Origin: a virus
IMG/VR virus record: IMGVR_UViG_3300044732_000442
Coordinates: 52,116 to 116,115 of that record
DNA length: 64,000 nucleotides
Strand: one strand, 5' to 3'
Below the pieces are notes generated by a model. That model was not told where the DNA came from. It did not search any database and saw only the letters and a program-made list of their open reading frames with translations. Position numbers and translations under genes: made by a program. Of this stretch, positions 27,890 through 37,292 are shown in pieces; the first letter of the stretch is position 1; every line of letters starts with the position of its first letter.

Positions 27890-28915
27890 TTGACAAATCA
27901 ATCTATCAAACGCATCGGCTTTGCTTGTAAATGGGCAGAAATCAACAGTAAAGGCGAGATTGTCTCTGCTGAAGGCCTTAACACAGGCGGTACAACTCAA
28001 GCATGGGCAAAACGTAATAACCGTAGTGTAGTGGAAGAAAAGATTATGGATGTTGCTAAACGCAATATTATGAATACTCACGCATTGGTTAAGCGTGTTG
28101 CTACATTAGAACCCGAATTGCGTATGGTTCGTCTTACTAGTGATATGCTTAGTTTTTATACTATGGATGGATACAAAGAATTTTGGCAAAGTACTGATGT
28201 ACAAAATAGTTTACAACGATGGTTTGCACCCATCGGTGAGACAGCTAGAGCAAATGATGTACGTCTTTCATTTCATCCCGATCAATTTGTAGTTTTAGCA
28301 AGCGACCGTGATGAGGTAGTAAATAAGAGTATAGAGGAGTTTGAATATCATGCAGATATGGCCAGATGGATGGGGTTCGGTAGAAATTTCCAGGATTTTA
28401 AGATTAATATACACATATCTGGGCGTAGAGGCCCACAAGGAATCAGAGATGTTTACGGAAGACTCAGCCCCGAAGCAAGAAACACACTAACACTAGAAAA
28501 TGAGGAATACACACATGGACTTACAGACTGCTTATCATTATCTGATCTCGTACCTACAGTCATGGACATACACCATAATTGGATACGTGAAGGAGAATAT
28601 ATTTCCGCAAATGATGACCGGGTTAAGATGGTTATTGATAGTTGGCGCGGTGTTAGGCCTACTTTACATTACTCCGTCAGCCGTGAAGATATACTTGTCG
28701 GACATCCCGGATCACAATTACCCTCTCATGGTGCGTTGATTGAAGCAGGACATAGTAAACAGAAGCTTCGGGCACATTCCGACTACTATTGGAACGATGC
28801 TGTGAACGATTGGGCATTGACATTTATTGATAACTTTGATATGATGTGTGAATCAAAGGCAAAGAATCTTGCCAGCTTTAAACTATACGAAAGATACAAA
28901 TGTTTGAAAAATTAA
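27890..28915 (+). CDS. uvsE: UV-damage endonuclease
   Basis: RIGFACK, RLSFHPDQF, NIHISG, LENEE, DIHH, HYS, AHSD and ESKAK motifs. Start is uncertain (TTG 27890 or ATG 27848). Confidence 0.92.
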   Translation: MTNQSIKRIGFACKWAEINSKGEIVSAEGLNTGGTTQAWAKRNNRSVVEEKIMDVAKRNIMNTHALVKRVATLEPELRMVRLTSDMLSFYTMDGYKEFWQSTDVQNSLQRWFAPIGETARANDVRLSFHPDQFVVLASDRDEVVNKSIEEFEYHADMARWMGFGRNFQDFKINIHISGRRGPQGIRDVYGRLSPEARNTLTLENEEYTHGLTDCLSLSDLVPTVMDIHHNWIREGEYISANDDRVKMVIDSWRGVRPTLHYSVSREDILVGHPGSQLPSHGALIEAGHSKQKLRAHSDYYWNDAVNDWALTFIDNFDMMCESKAKNLASFKLYERYKCLKN

Positions 28916-29325
28916 AGAACTTATTTAAGAAACAAGAGGATGCCCCTGTTGTTAAGAAAGAGCCTAAGCCTAAACAAGTTAAAGCTAAGACTGAACTTAC
29001 TGAAAAAGAAAAAGCAACGGCGGCAGGTGAACCATACATTGCTATTACTAAGGTAGAAATCAATCCTGAGAATATCAATGATGGTGCATTTGATTTAGAT
29101 TTCAATGACAAGTTTGTATTGAATCTTATCAAAGCAGGTTATAGACAACGTGAAGATGATACAGATGTAATCATAGTTGATAGATGGTTTCAGACAGTAT
29201 GTCGGAATGTAGCATTAGAGATGTATGAACAGCAGGTAGCTGATCCGGAGAACCGTACAGAAAGCCGTGATGCAAGAGTTATTCGTACAAAAGATTTAGG
29301 TAACGGTAGAACAGAGGTAAGTTAA
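28900..29325 (+). CDS. Hypothetical phage protein
   Basis: ORF; FDLDFNDKFV..L..AGY. Confidence 0.65.
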   Translation: MFEKLKNLFKKQEDAPVVKKEPKPKQVKAKTELTEKEKATAAGEPYIAITKVEINPENINDGAFDLDFNDKFVLNLIKAGYRQREDDTDVIIVDRWFQTVCRNVALEMYEQQVADPENRTESRDARVIRTKDLGNGRTEVS

Positions 29326-29907
29326 ATGTTAAAAAATATTGATTTGTTTAATCCAGATTTTGTGATAGATTGCTCAAAATTAAAAAATTGTAGAGATATC
29401 TATGCAATTATGAGACACAATGGCATTGTGAAATCATATGTTTACGGTATGTGTTTTAAGCCAGGTCCATTGTCATATGACTTTTCAAAGGTTGGAATGA
29501 GTTCACCTAGTCTTGGTAATAAGAGACAATATCAAGTTGGTGAGCGTATTACTCGACAATTAAGTTGGGTACCTGGATGGGAAGAACTACATGTCCGTAG
29601 TTCACATGGTGCTGATTTTTGGGGAGGCATTGAAAATTATTTAATTCCACAAGGACTTTTGCCAGCATCATTCAACAAGAATGATGTAACTATTGCAGTT
29701 TGGGATGTTTCTACAAGAATGGTTTTTTCAAATGTCCATGAAAGTGATGAATTGAAGGCTACTACCTGGGCCGAGGGTGAATTAGCAAAGCAATACAAAG
29801 CTACGTTTGGTAGATTACCTTATCTCAATGTACAAGACCCTACTAATACCAAGCACTATAGAGGTGGATATATACCTAAATCTGTGTATAATTTGTTTGG
29901 AATGTAG
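29326..29907 (+). CDS. Putative GIY-YIG-like nuclease
   Basis: YVY...KVGMS...ERITRQ...EGEL...GRLPYLN pattern. Confidence 0.4.
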   Translation: MLKNIDLFNPDFVIDCSKLKNCRDIYAIMRHNGIVKSYVYGMCFKPGPLSYDFSKVGMSSPSLGNKRQYQVGERITRQLSWVPGWEELHVRSSHGADFWGGIENYLIPQGLLPASFNKNDVTIAVWDVSTRMVFSNVHESDELKATTWAEGELAKQYKATFGRLPYLNVQDPTNTKHYRGGYIPKSVYNLFGM

Positions 29908-29929
29908 TAAAAATACAACATTCTCATAG

Positions 29930-29958
29930 TTGACAATAAATGGAAAAGGTGCTATAAT
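29930..29958 (+). promoter_or_regulatory. Conserved early sigma70 promoter repeat
   Basis: TTGACAATAAATGG...TATAAT, 17-nt spacer. Confidence 0.8.
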
Positions 29959-29988
29959 TAACTATTAAATCGCATAACGGACTATATT

Positions 29989-30780
29989 ATGGCAGCTATA
30001 TCATTCAAACTGTTCAAAAACTCATGTGAGGAACGTGGGTATACCGAACGTGTTTACGAGGAACAAAACAACTGCGTACTATATACCAACAACGGTGTAA
30101 AGTGTGAAATTAAAAAGAACCACTATACTGTGGGCTGGCTTGCACTTCCAGAAGATGTTGCCGAAATGCGTAAACAAATCCTAGGTCAAGGATTTACTGA
30201 GAAAACAGGTAAACGTTCCGAATCACGCAAAGATGCAAAGGACTTTATTAATATCCCTTTTGATGGTGATATACTTGAAAACTTTTGGGTCATTGTCGGT
30301 ACCATTGAAGCTATTGAAACTATTGTACGTAAGGTACGTGGTCAAGCTATCAAACCGATTCCACGTGAAGTATCCGAACGTAATATCTTTGAAAAGATTG
30401 CCAAACGTTTCAAGTATTTTATTGATAATGAAGATGGGTTTGGTTTAGAAAATACTAGAGCATTACTTGAGGGCGATAGTATTGACCACTTAATTACCAT
30501 CGGTCAAAGTATTAAACGCACTAAAGAAAATACTTATCGTGAACATATCGTTCCTTGTATTTTAATTTATAATCAAGCGGTTACAATGACTATGGAAAAA
30601 CGTAGTGTAACTGAAGTAGCACAAATGATTAAAAACAATTTGGCTATTGTATTGATTACTAATGAGGAAGCTGAATTGCTTGACAATGAACTGGACATGC
30701 AAACAAGTATGCCCGACGGATGGACATTCGGCAATGATGTTTTTGCTCGATTAACAACTGCCCAAATACAATTGAAATAA
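29989..30780 (+). CDS. Hypothetical protein with an EHIVP (His-Me-finger-like) motif
   Basis: YREHIVPC...IVLITNEE...LD. Confidence 0.5.
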   Translation: MAAISFKLFKNSCEERGYTERVYEEQNNCVLYTNNGVKCEIKKNHYTVGWLALPEDVAEMRKQILGQGFTEKTGKRSESRKDAKDFINIPFDGDILENFWVIVGTIEAIETIVRKVRGQAIKPIPREVSERNIFEKIAKRFKYFIDNEDGFGLENTRALLEGDSIDHLITIGQSIKRTKENTYREHIVPCILIYNQAVTMTMEKRSVTEVAQMIKNNLAIVLITNEEAELLDNELDMQTSMPDGWTFGNDVFARLTTAQIQLK

Positions 30781-30806
30781 TCTAAATAGTAGTATATAAT
30801 AAACAT

Positions 30807-31805
30807 ATGAAATACGCACTAATTGACACAGCTAACACATTCTTTCGTGCCCGGCACGTTGCTTCCCGAAACTCAGATACATGGGAAAAAATCGGGATGG
30901 CACTACATCTTACACTTGCATCATGCAATCAAATAGTTCGCAAATTTGGCATTGACCACGTTGTGTTCTGTCTCGAAGGCAGAAGCTGGCGCAAAGACTA
31001 TTACGAGCCATATAAGAAAAATCGTGTTGTGGATACACAAGCACAGACTCAAGCTGAAAAAGAAGAAAATGAAATGTTCTGGGAAACATATGAAAAATTC
31101 ACAACTTTTTTGCGTGAGAAAACTAACGTATCAGTATTGCGTGATCCTAAAGCAGAAGCTGATGACTTGATTGCTAGATTTATTCACTTGCACCCTGATG
31201 ATGAACATTTCATTATCAGTAGCGATAGTGATTACATTCAACTGATTACAGAAAATGTAAAACAGTATAATGGCATTAGCAATCAATTAATTACACTTGA
31301 GGGTTATTTTGACGATAAAGGCAAAATTGTCAAGGATAAGAAAACTAGTGAGCCAAAACTGTTAGGTGACCCACAATATATTCTATTTGAGAAATGTATG
31401 CGTGGTGATAGTACTGACAATGTGTTTAGTGCATATCCCGGTGTACGTAGTAAAGGTACACAAAAGAAAGCAGGATTGATGGAAGCTTATGCTGACCGTA
31501 ACAAACAGGGCTTTGATTGGAATAACATGATGTTACAAAGATGGGTAGACCATAATGATGTGGAACATCGTGTACGTGACGATTATGAACGCAATCGGGT
31601 ATTGATTGATTTGACTAGACAACCTGATCAAGTTAAACTATCAGTAGATACAAACATTCGTGAGGGTGTACGTACAACGATTACTCCTCAGGTTGGCATT
31701 CATTTTATGAAATTCTGTGGTAAGTATGAATTGACTAAGATTAGTGAACAAGCAGATACATATGCTAAATGGTTGAACAATCCTTATAAGGGTAATTTGG
31801 CATGA
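30807..31805 (+). CDS. rnh: T4 RNase H-like 5'-3' exonuclease
   Basis: LIDTAN, SWRKDYY..YKKNR, EADDLIA, SSDSDYIQL and GDSTDNV motifs. Confidence 0.92.
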   Translation: MKYALIDTANTFFRARHVASRNSDTWEKIGMALHLTLASCNQIVRKFGIDHVVFCLEGRSWRKDYYEPYKKNRVVDTQAQTQAEKEENEMFWETYEKFTTFLREKTNVSVLRDPKAEADDLIARFIHLHPDDEHFIISSDSDYIQLITENVKQYNGISNQLITLEGYFDDKGKIVKDKKTSEPKLLGDPQYILFEKCMRGDSTDNVFSAYPGVRSKGTQKKAGLMEAYADRNKQGFDWNNMMLQRWVDHNDVEHRVRDDYERNRVLIDLTRQPDQVKLSVDTNIREGVRTTITPQVGIHFMKFCGKYELTKISEQADTYAKWLNNPYKGNLA

Positions 31806-32029
31806 ACTTTACTAAACCGGACAAAACTATTAAAACAATTCGTCCAGGCGATCCGGACTTTATGATTTACAATGGAAACTTTATGGCTGCACGTGCTGGA
31901 TTTGAGATTAGCCAACAATGCCCGAACAGTTACAAAAAAATAATACAAGAATGTATCAGTCATGGGTGGTTAAAGCCTGTGGCATATATAAAAGAAGTTG
32001 ATTATACTTGGGAAAAATTAGGAGAATAA
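31802..32029 (+). CDS. Hypothetical protein
   Basis: Coupled ORF. Confidence 0.55.
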   Translation: MNFTKPDKTIKTIRPGDPDFMIYNGNFMAARAGFEISQQCPNSYKKIIQECISHGWLKPVAYIKEVDYTWEKLGE

Positions 32030-32030
32030 A

Positions 32031-32228
32031 ATGACAAGAGATTACAAAAACCTTCAATATATCTTAAACAAGAATCCACAAGAATTGTTTGAGTGGTGGA
32101 ACTCATTGAATGATGAGGATCAAGCTTATGCTTTGGAAATCATTACAGAATATCGTAAAATCCTAGAAGAACCAGTGGTAGAGGACTTGTCTTTAGCATA
32201 TGATTTGCTAAAACAATTTATGTTATAA
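32031..32228 (+). CDS. Hypothetical protein
   Basis: AGGAG SD. Confidence 0.6.
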   Translation: MTRDYKNLQYILNKNPQELFEWWNSLNDEDQAYALEIITEYRKILEEPVVEDLSLAYDLLKQFML

Positions 32229-32467
32229 TGGCAAGTTTAGCTGAGTATTTTAATGCAAACCGATACATGGGTAAATACAGTATAGGTGACCGTGTTATTG
32301 GTAAATGGAATAAGATTCCATTTGTCGGTACTGTGGGAAATGACACATTAATTAATGAGATTGAAGGACCAAGAATTAGTGTGTGTTTGGATTTACCTAT
32401 TAAATATAAAGATAATATACATCGTGTTATAATTGTCAAACACAAGGATGTGAAATTATTTAAATAA
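32228..32467 (+). CDS. Hypothetical SH3-like small protein
   Basis: Coupled ORF; IGDRVIGKW. Confidence 0.55.
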   Translation: MASLAEYFNANRYMGKYSIGDRVIGKWNKIPFVGTVGNDTLINEIEGPRISVCLDLPIKYKDNIHRVIIVKHKDVKLFK

Positions 32468-32476
32468 AGGATAAAC

Positions 32477-32692
32477 ATGGATAATGAAAAACTAACAAAA
32501 TTAGCAGAACAATGTATTACTGACGATCAATTTGCGGTAGGTGCATTTGCAAAGATATTAATAGATGAATGTATATTAGCATTAGATAGTACGGAGAAAC
32601 CGCATGTACATACTACATTTGACCAATCACAACATGAAAGTAGTATTGCAGAAGCAAAGAAAGCAATTAAGAAGCATTTTGGATTTGAATGA
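32477..32692 (+). CDS. Short paralog-family protein (FA.LI..EC...HFG)
   Basis: Similar to 38030, 38247, 39766 and 41312. Confidence 0.6.
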   Translation: MDNEKLTKLAEQCITDDQFAVGAFAKILIDECILALDSTEKPHVHTTFDQSQHESSIAEAKKAIKKHFGFE

Positions 32693-32973
32693 ATAAGATA
32701 TCTACCCCCACTCCTTTGCTTAATTATACCTTACGGTATAATATGTTAAAAGATGCTATGGAATTATCAAAGGTCCGAGATATTGCAACGGCTCAAGATT
32801 TAGAAAAAGAAAAGATATTAAAAGCACAATCCTCAAGACGATTAGAACAAGATAGAGATTTCCAACATCATGTTGAAGAAATAAAACGTTACGAATCATT
32901 AAAACTTACCCGAGAATACCAAGAGTACCAATATCTGTATAATCTTGGTAAAACGGTTGACATGTACATTTAA
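32689..32973 (+). CDS. Hypothetical protein
   Basis: Coupled ORF. Confidence 0.5.
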   Translation: MNKISTPTPLLNYTLRYNMLKDAMELSKVRDIATAQDLEKEKILKAQSSRRLEQDRDFQHHVEEIKRYESLKLTREYQEYQYLYNLGKTVDMYI

Positions 32974-33002
32974 ACATAGTATACTTACACAGAGGAATAA
33001 AA

Positions 33003-33464
33003 ATGACTAAAACACTAATTGCAAAACCCGTAGTAAAGAATCAATTCTGGATTGTTACTGATGGTAAAGAAAAAGTTGGTAACGTGCTAGCAGACGGTTC
33101 AGGATTTGAAGTTAAATTGAATGGCAATAAGAGCCATTATAAAAATACTACAGCTATTAAACGTAAGACAAATATTGAGTTTGAAACTGTACAAAAAGCA
33201 GATAAAACTAAACATGATTTACCCTTTAAAGTATATCCTACCACTGATAAAGTCTTTAATAGTATGTTAGATATTAAACGTAAACTACATTTATTTACAA
33301 CTGGAGCTAAAAGCAAATGTTATCATGCGGCAGGTTGGTTTATAATCCAACAAGGACATGAAAAAGAAACAGTTTTTTGCCCTAAATATATCTTTATTCA
33401 GCGTTATCCATATCAAGGACCATATAAAACTGAAAATGAGGCTAAAAAAGCGATAAATACTTGA
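33003..33464 (+). CDS. Hypothetical phage protein
   Basis: GAGGA SD; upstream TTGACA..TATACT promoter. Confidence 0.65.
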   Translation: MTKTLIAKPVVKNQFWIVTDGKEKVGNVLADGSGFEVKLNGNKSHYKNTTAIKRKTNIEFETVQKADKTKHDLPFKVYPTTDKVFNSMLDIKRKLHLFTTGAKSKCYHAAGWFIIQQGHEKETVFCPKYIFIQRYPYQGPYKTENEAKKAINT

Positions 33465-33664
33465 TGTTACATATTAAACGATTTATAGACAAAGTATCCG
33501 TTATGGAGAGTAGACAGGGAAAAGATGTGGTCATTCCCATTAGTGAGGCTAGGATATTGCGTGATGAATTAAGTAAATTAATTATTGATAACTATGAATT
33601 GTTGCAAAATAAGGTTGTAGCAGAACCTGTATTACAGGTAGAATTAAACGGCGGTAGATTTTAA
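33464..33664 (+). CDS. Hypothetical protein
   Basis: ATG 4 nt after TAAATA. Confidence 0.55.
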   Translation: MLHIKRFIDKVSVMESRQGKDVVIPISEARILRDELSKLIIDNYELLQNKVVAEPVLQVELNGGRF

Positions 33665-33957
33665 TGAGTAGAACACAACCCAAGGTACTACTTGAACTAG
33701 TAGACAAAGTAACATATAAATGTGATCAAATTGTAGAAGCCGCTGGCATATGGGCTGTGTTTTATGATGGTCAACCTATTAATCTAAAAAGCCAACATTA
33801 CTTAGATAATGAAGCAACACCTAAGTACAAAAAGACAAGTTTTAGTAATCCGGGACATGCACGTAATCTATGTCGCAAATTAAATGTACAATTTAAAACC
33901 GATAAGTTTACTGTGGTGTTTATGAATTCAGGTAGAGTTGTCTACCCAGATGAGTAA
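33664..33957 (+). CDS. Hypothetical phage protein
   Basis: KYKKTSFSNPGHA motif. Confidence 0.65.
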   Translation: MSRTQPKVLLELVDKVTYKCDQIVEAAGIWAVFYDGQPINLKSQHYLDNEATPKYKKTSFSNPGHARNLCRKLNVQFKTDKFTVVFMNSGRVVYPDE

Positions 33958-34357
33958 ACGTAAGACCCTTAAAGAAACTATTACAGAAGTTGTATTGGCT
34001 CAACTTCCTGACTCTCTCAATCAAGAAAAAATTATACCGATAGATAAACTGTTGTTCAAGTGGTGGATGACTGGTCGCCAAGATGGATTACGTTTAACGG
34101 ACACCGGGGATTTAGCATTTAGAATGGCAGAGATAGAATTTTATCAATATGAGTTAAAATTACAGCCAGAAACTCAATATCATGCTTATATATTAGAACT
34201 TAATAAAAAAATCAAATGCCCCTATTATATGGGGGTAAATAAAGATGGGAAGAAAAGCTTTCCTTATATACGATTTTATGATAGCAAAATAGCTATGATG
34301 GTAAGTTTATATGGAAACGTTAATGAATATTTAGATAGCATAAAGGTGAAAAGATGA
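33938..34357 (+). CDS. Hypothetical phage protein
   Basis: GLRLTDTG...CPYY; true start may be ATG 33950. Confidence 0.6.
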   Translation: MSTQMSKRKTLKETITEVVLAQLPDSLNQEKIIPIDKLLFKWWMTGRQDGLRLTDTGDLAFRMAEIEFYQYELKLQPETQYHAYILELNKKIKCPYYMGVNKDGKKSFPYIRFYDSKIAMMVSLYGNVNEYLDSIKVKR

Positions 34358-34521
34358 CAGAAGAAAAGAAAAGTAAGAATCCATTTATTAATTTAGCTAA
34401 TGCCGCTAAGAAAGATAATAAGCATCCTGGATTAGGTAAAGCACCAAAATCACAAGGTCCTAAACCTACTAAGGGTAATGGTGGTGCAAGTGTTGTACGT
34501 AGAACAGGTAGGGGTGGTTAA
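34354..34521 (+). CDS. Small basic Lys/Gly-rich protein (55 aa; not in the ORF track)
   Basis: MTEEKKSKNPF...VRRTGRGG; ATGA overlap with the upstream stop. Confidence 0.5.
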   Translation: MTEEKKSKNPFINLANAAKKDNKHPGLGKAPKSQGPKPTKGNGGASVVRRTGRGG

Positions 34522-35000
34522 TACCACTCACCCTCATTACGCATACGTTTAATGAAGGTTAAATAGGTGCTACATACACCGTAGCATCTTAATTGTACAG
34601 TACTAAACAATGCTCTGTCTTTTATTTCAGGTAGAACAATAATACTAGTATTGTTAACCGGGACTGTCCCGGGTGTCCATAACTTATCGCTACTAGTTAA
34701 TGCATTGACCATGCTGTTGGGCTGATAAAAGTAGTTAGGATATAGTTTTATTGATTGTGTAGTAAACCAATCATATGTGTCCTGATTACCACATTTAATC
34801 CAAAAACGATTACCCTGTAGATATTTGTCAGTTACCGGAATAGGAGCAGCTTCTGGTCCAACACAAAGTGTATTATTTATTCTCCAAACATCTACCATAC
34901 AAGCAAATCCATTGTTAAAGGATTTACCTATTTGGTCAGGCGTATTGGCATATTCATAGTTTTGCCCGTCGTAAATTCCCTGATAAGATATATATAACAT
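34518..35000 (-). CDS. GDPD/PLC-like phosphodiesterase homolog with degenerate active site
   Basis: ISYQG..G....ANTPDQI...F.CMVDVW resembles ISHRG..ENxP..EIDVW. Confidence 0.5.
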   Translation of the reverse strand: MLYISYQGIYDGQNYEYANTPDQIGKSFNNGFACMVDVWRINNTLCVGPEAAPIPVTDKYLQGNRFWIKCGNQDTYDWFTTQSIKLYPNYFYQPNSMVNALTSSDKLWTPGTVPVNNTSIIVLPEIKDRALFSTVQLRCYGVCSTYLTFIKRMRNEGEWY

Positions 35001-35089
35001 AATGTATTTATGTCAACGAAACAGTTGGCTACCGCGTTATATATATGTAGACTGTAAAATCTACTTCATTAACTTAAAGGAAACTTAAA

Positions 35090-35338
35090 ATGAAAACATT
35101 AGCAATCGTAATCCTATCAGCATTGTCATTAACAGCATTTGCCCAAACCGCAACTCCTGCCGCTAAGCCAGCGACCCCTGCTCCGGCTGCTACTGCACCT
35201 GCTAAAGCAGAGGCGCCAAAAGAAGAAATGAAATTGGCTAAGAAAAAGGATGCTCCCAAGGCAGATACCAAAAGTGAAACCAAGCCTGCTAGTCCTGCAA
35301 AAGCCGACGATAAAAAAGCCGAAGCTTCTAAGAAGTAA
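35090..35338 (+). CDS. Secreted Ala/Lys/Pro-rich low-complexity protein
   Basis: Signal peptide ending AFA; AAGGA SD. Confidence 0.75.
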   Translation: MKTLAIVILSALSLTAFAQTATPAAKPATPAPAATAPAKAEAPKEEMKLAKKKDAPKADTKSETKPASPAKADDKKAEASKK

Positions 35339-35616
35339 TCCATACAGACTCATAGCAATTAGGACCTGGGGACTTGATCCTAATCAGGTTCTAGTTAGTG
35401 ATGAGGATATATTAGTTAATTCCCGTCGTATTATATTAAAGATTGAAACCTCTTTAAATAACGATGAGGAATTGACTGATTATGTCAAGTTAAGATTATT
35501 TCTAGCCAGAGAATTGGCTATGTCAAAATATAGAGAAATCTATCAGACGGCATAAATATATATGAAGTTACGGGTTCTTCATAAAAACCCACTTTAAACA
35601 CACACAGGAGAAAATT

Positions 35617-35904
35617 ATGTTTAACACAGCAACTTACGCCTTTATTGACGGCGTTTCAGACTTTAAAAAGAAATTCGTAGAACAAACAGTTCAACACGAA
35701 GGCATCAAAACAGCAATGAATACATTTGTTGATGCACAATCAAAATACACAAAAGCAGCCGCAGATGCAGGAATGCAATCTATGATGGCTTTGGGTATGA
35801 TTTTCACAAGCAAAACATTCTATGATGAAATGAGCAGCCAGTTCAAGACAATGGTTCCTGCTTTCAACACTGCTAAAACTGCAAAATCTACAAAGGCTAA
35901 GTAA
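35617..35904 (+). CDS. Phasin-like small helical protein
   Basis: AGGAG SD; FIDGV..FKKKFVE...FVDAQ..YTK amphipathic helix. Confidence 0.45.
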   Translation: MFNTATYAFIDGVSDFKKKFVEQTVQHEGIKTAMNTFVDAQSKYTKAAADAGMQSMMALGMIFTSKTFYDEMSSQFKTMVPAFNTAKTAKSTKAK

Positions 35905-35905
35905 T

Positions 35906-36073
35906 ATGAAGAAACTTCTAGGGATGCTATTAGTGTTCCTAGGTTTCTCTACAGATACCTATGGCACTGAGTTAGAAAGATATATTGTTGGCCGAAATCC
36001 AAAAGATGCAGGCGACATTGAGCGATTGACCTACGAGTTCCATCGCAAACAATCAGATTGGAGATTTCTATGA
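35906..36073 (+). CDS. Small hypothetical protein (55 aa; not in the ORF track)
   Basis: MKKLLGMLLVFLGF...LERYIVGRNPKDAGDIERLTYEF. Confidence 0.5.
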   Translation: MKKLLGMLLVFLGFSTDTYGTELERYIVGRNPKDAGDIERLTYEFHRKQSDWRFL

Positions 36074-36228
36074 ACACACTTAAACAACTATTCAACAGCC
36101 TACTAGAGGCAATACAGTCTATCAAAGACTACAAAGCGAGTAAAATGAAATGACATTTTCCCGAAAGATTTGAACAACTTAAAAAAATGTTTTATACTAT
36201 ATAAACATTAACACACTAAGGAAATATA

Positions 36229-36501
36229 ATGTCAGACTATACACCAAAACTACCCGAAGTTAAATTTAATAAAAATGGCTATGAACTGCGTACTGATATT
36301 TTAGCTATGGCTAAAGACATGGTACAACAAGAATACTCAAGTAAATTTGCTGGTTGGGAACTAACAGCAAAACGTGATGAAAAAACGGGTCAACTTGTTT
36401 CAACAGTCACAATGCCAGAGTTTCCCGGTCTAGACAAAATCCTTGAAACTGCTGAAAAAATGTACGGTTTTGTTAATCAAAGTACTAATACTAAAAAGTA
36501 A
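36229..36501 (+). CDS. Hypothetical phage protein
   Basis: NKNGYELRTDILAMAKD; AAGGA SD. Confidence 0.65.
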   Translation: MSDYTPKLPEVKFNKNGYELRTDILAMAKDMVQQEYSSKFAGWELTAKRDEKTGQLVSTVTMPEFPGLDKILETAEKMYGFVNQSTNTKK

Positions 36502-36521
36502 TACTTTTAGTTCTCAAAAAT

Positions 36522-36543
36522 GCCCCGTTTTTGGGGCTTTTTT
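36522..36543 (+). terminator. Rho-independent terminator
   Basis: GCCCC-GTTTTT-GGGGC followed by T6. Confidence 0.75.
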
Positions 36544-36550
36544 ACACCCA

Positions 36551-36610
36551 AAATTTGACAATAAATGGATCTTCTGCTACAATAGAATCTTATACAGTTA
36601 GATAAAGGAC
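36551..36610 (+). promoter_or_regulatory. Conserved early promoter repeat
   Basis: AAATTTGACAATAAATGG...TACAATAGAATCTTA.ACAGTTA...AAAGGA. Confidence 0.85.
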
Positions 36611-36615
36611 ACGAA

Positions 36616-36951
36616 ATGACTACATTCATCAAAGGCAACTTCTACGGTACTGAGTACGTTGATTACACAAACCCAGTTGACGGTACTACAAAATTTGTAG
36701 CCCGTTTCAAGTATGCTAAAAGTAGCAAAAATAGTTTCCTTACATTCCTTACAAAGAACTTTACAGTTGAGGAATACTTTGGTCGCTTGGAAAAGAGTGA
36801 ATCCCCACTTGAAATCTTGAAATCCAAAGGCTTTATTCAACCCCATATCAAAAAAATGCTCAAAGCACAGGGTTACCCGATTACTCTTGCTGGATTTGAG
36901 CAATTAGTACAAGATAATGTTGCAAAAACGCAACAAAGATTAGCCGCTTAA
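36616..36951 (+). CDS. Early hypothetical protein
   Basis: Follows the promoter repeat and SD. Confidence 0.7.
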   Translation: MTTFIKGNFYGTEYVDYTNPVDGTTKFVARFKYAKSSKNSFLTFLTKNFTVEEYFGRLEKSESPLEILKSKGFIQPHIKKMLKAQGYPITLAGFEQLVQDNVAKTQQRLAA

Positions 36952-37010
36952 ATTTGACAATAAATGGCTTTGGGTATATAATAGAATCTTAAACAGTTAA
37001 ACAACGGAGT
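36951..37010 (+). promoter_or_regulatory. Conserved early promoter repeat
   Basis: TTGACA 36954 -17- TATAAT 36977, then AGAATCTTAAACAGTTAA. Confidence 0.85.
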
Positions 37011-37015
37011 TAAAC

Positions 37016-37282
37016 ATGAAAGCATTACAAAAATTCATTGACCAGAAGAATCACTGGAACAGTATTTTCAAAGGTGAGCAGTACGAAATCACCACTCATG
37101 CTGGTCGTCAACGTGTTGCAGATATGATTGATTCGGCTTTGAGTCCAGAGAATCTTACTTGCGATGGTGAACTGCCCCGTGCAGAAGTTAACCGTCGCTA
37201 CAAAGAATTGATGACTGCCGCTAAACAACTAAAACAGTTGGATCCATCTGTTAAGTTTTACGAATACGAAACTGAAGTTTAA
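37016..37282 (+). CDS. Early hypothetical protein
   Basis: LSPENLTCDGE motif; GGAG SD. Confidence 0.7.
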   Translation: MKALQKFIDQKNHWNSIFKGEQYEITTHAGRQRVADMIDSALSPENLTCDGELPRAEVNRRYKELMTAAKQLKQLDPSVKFYEYETEV

Positions 37283-37292
37283 GGAGAAGAAC

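Noticed and set aside
35250-35555. ORF 35250..35555 as annotated
   Set aside because: It overlaps the secreted-protein gene and has no clear start; a shorter gene may exist but cannot be supported.
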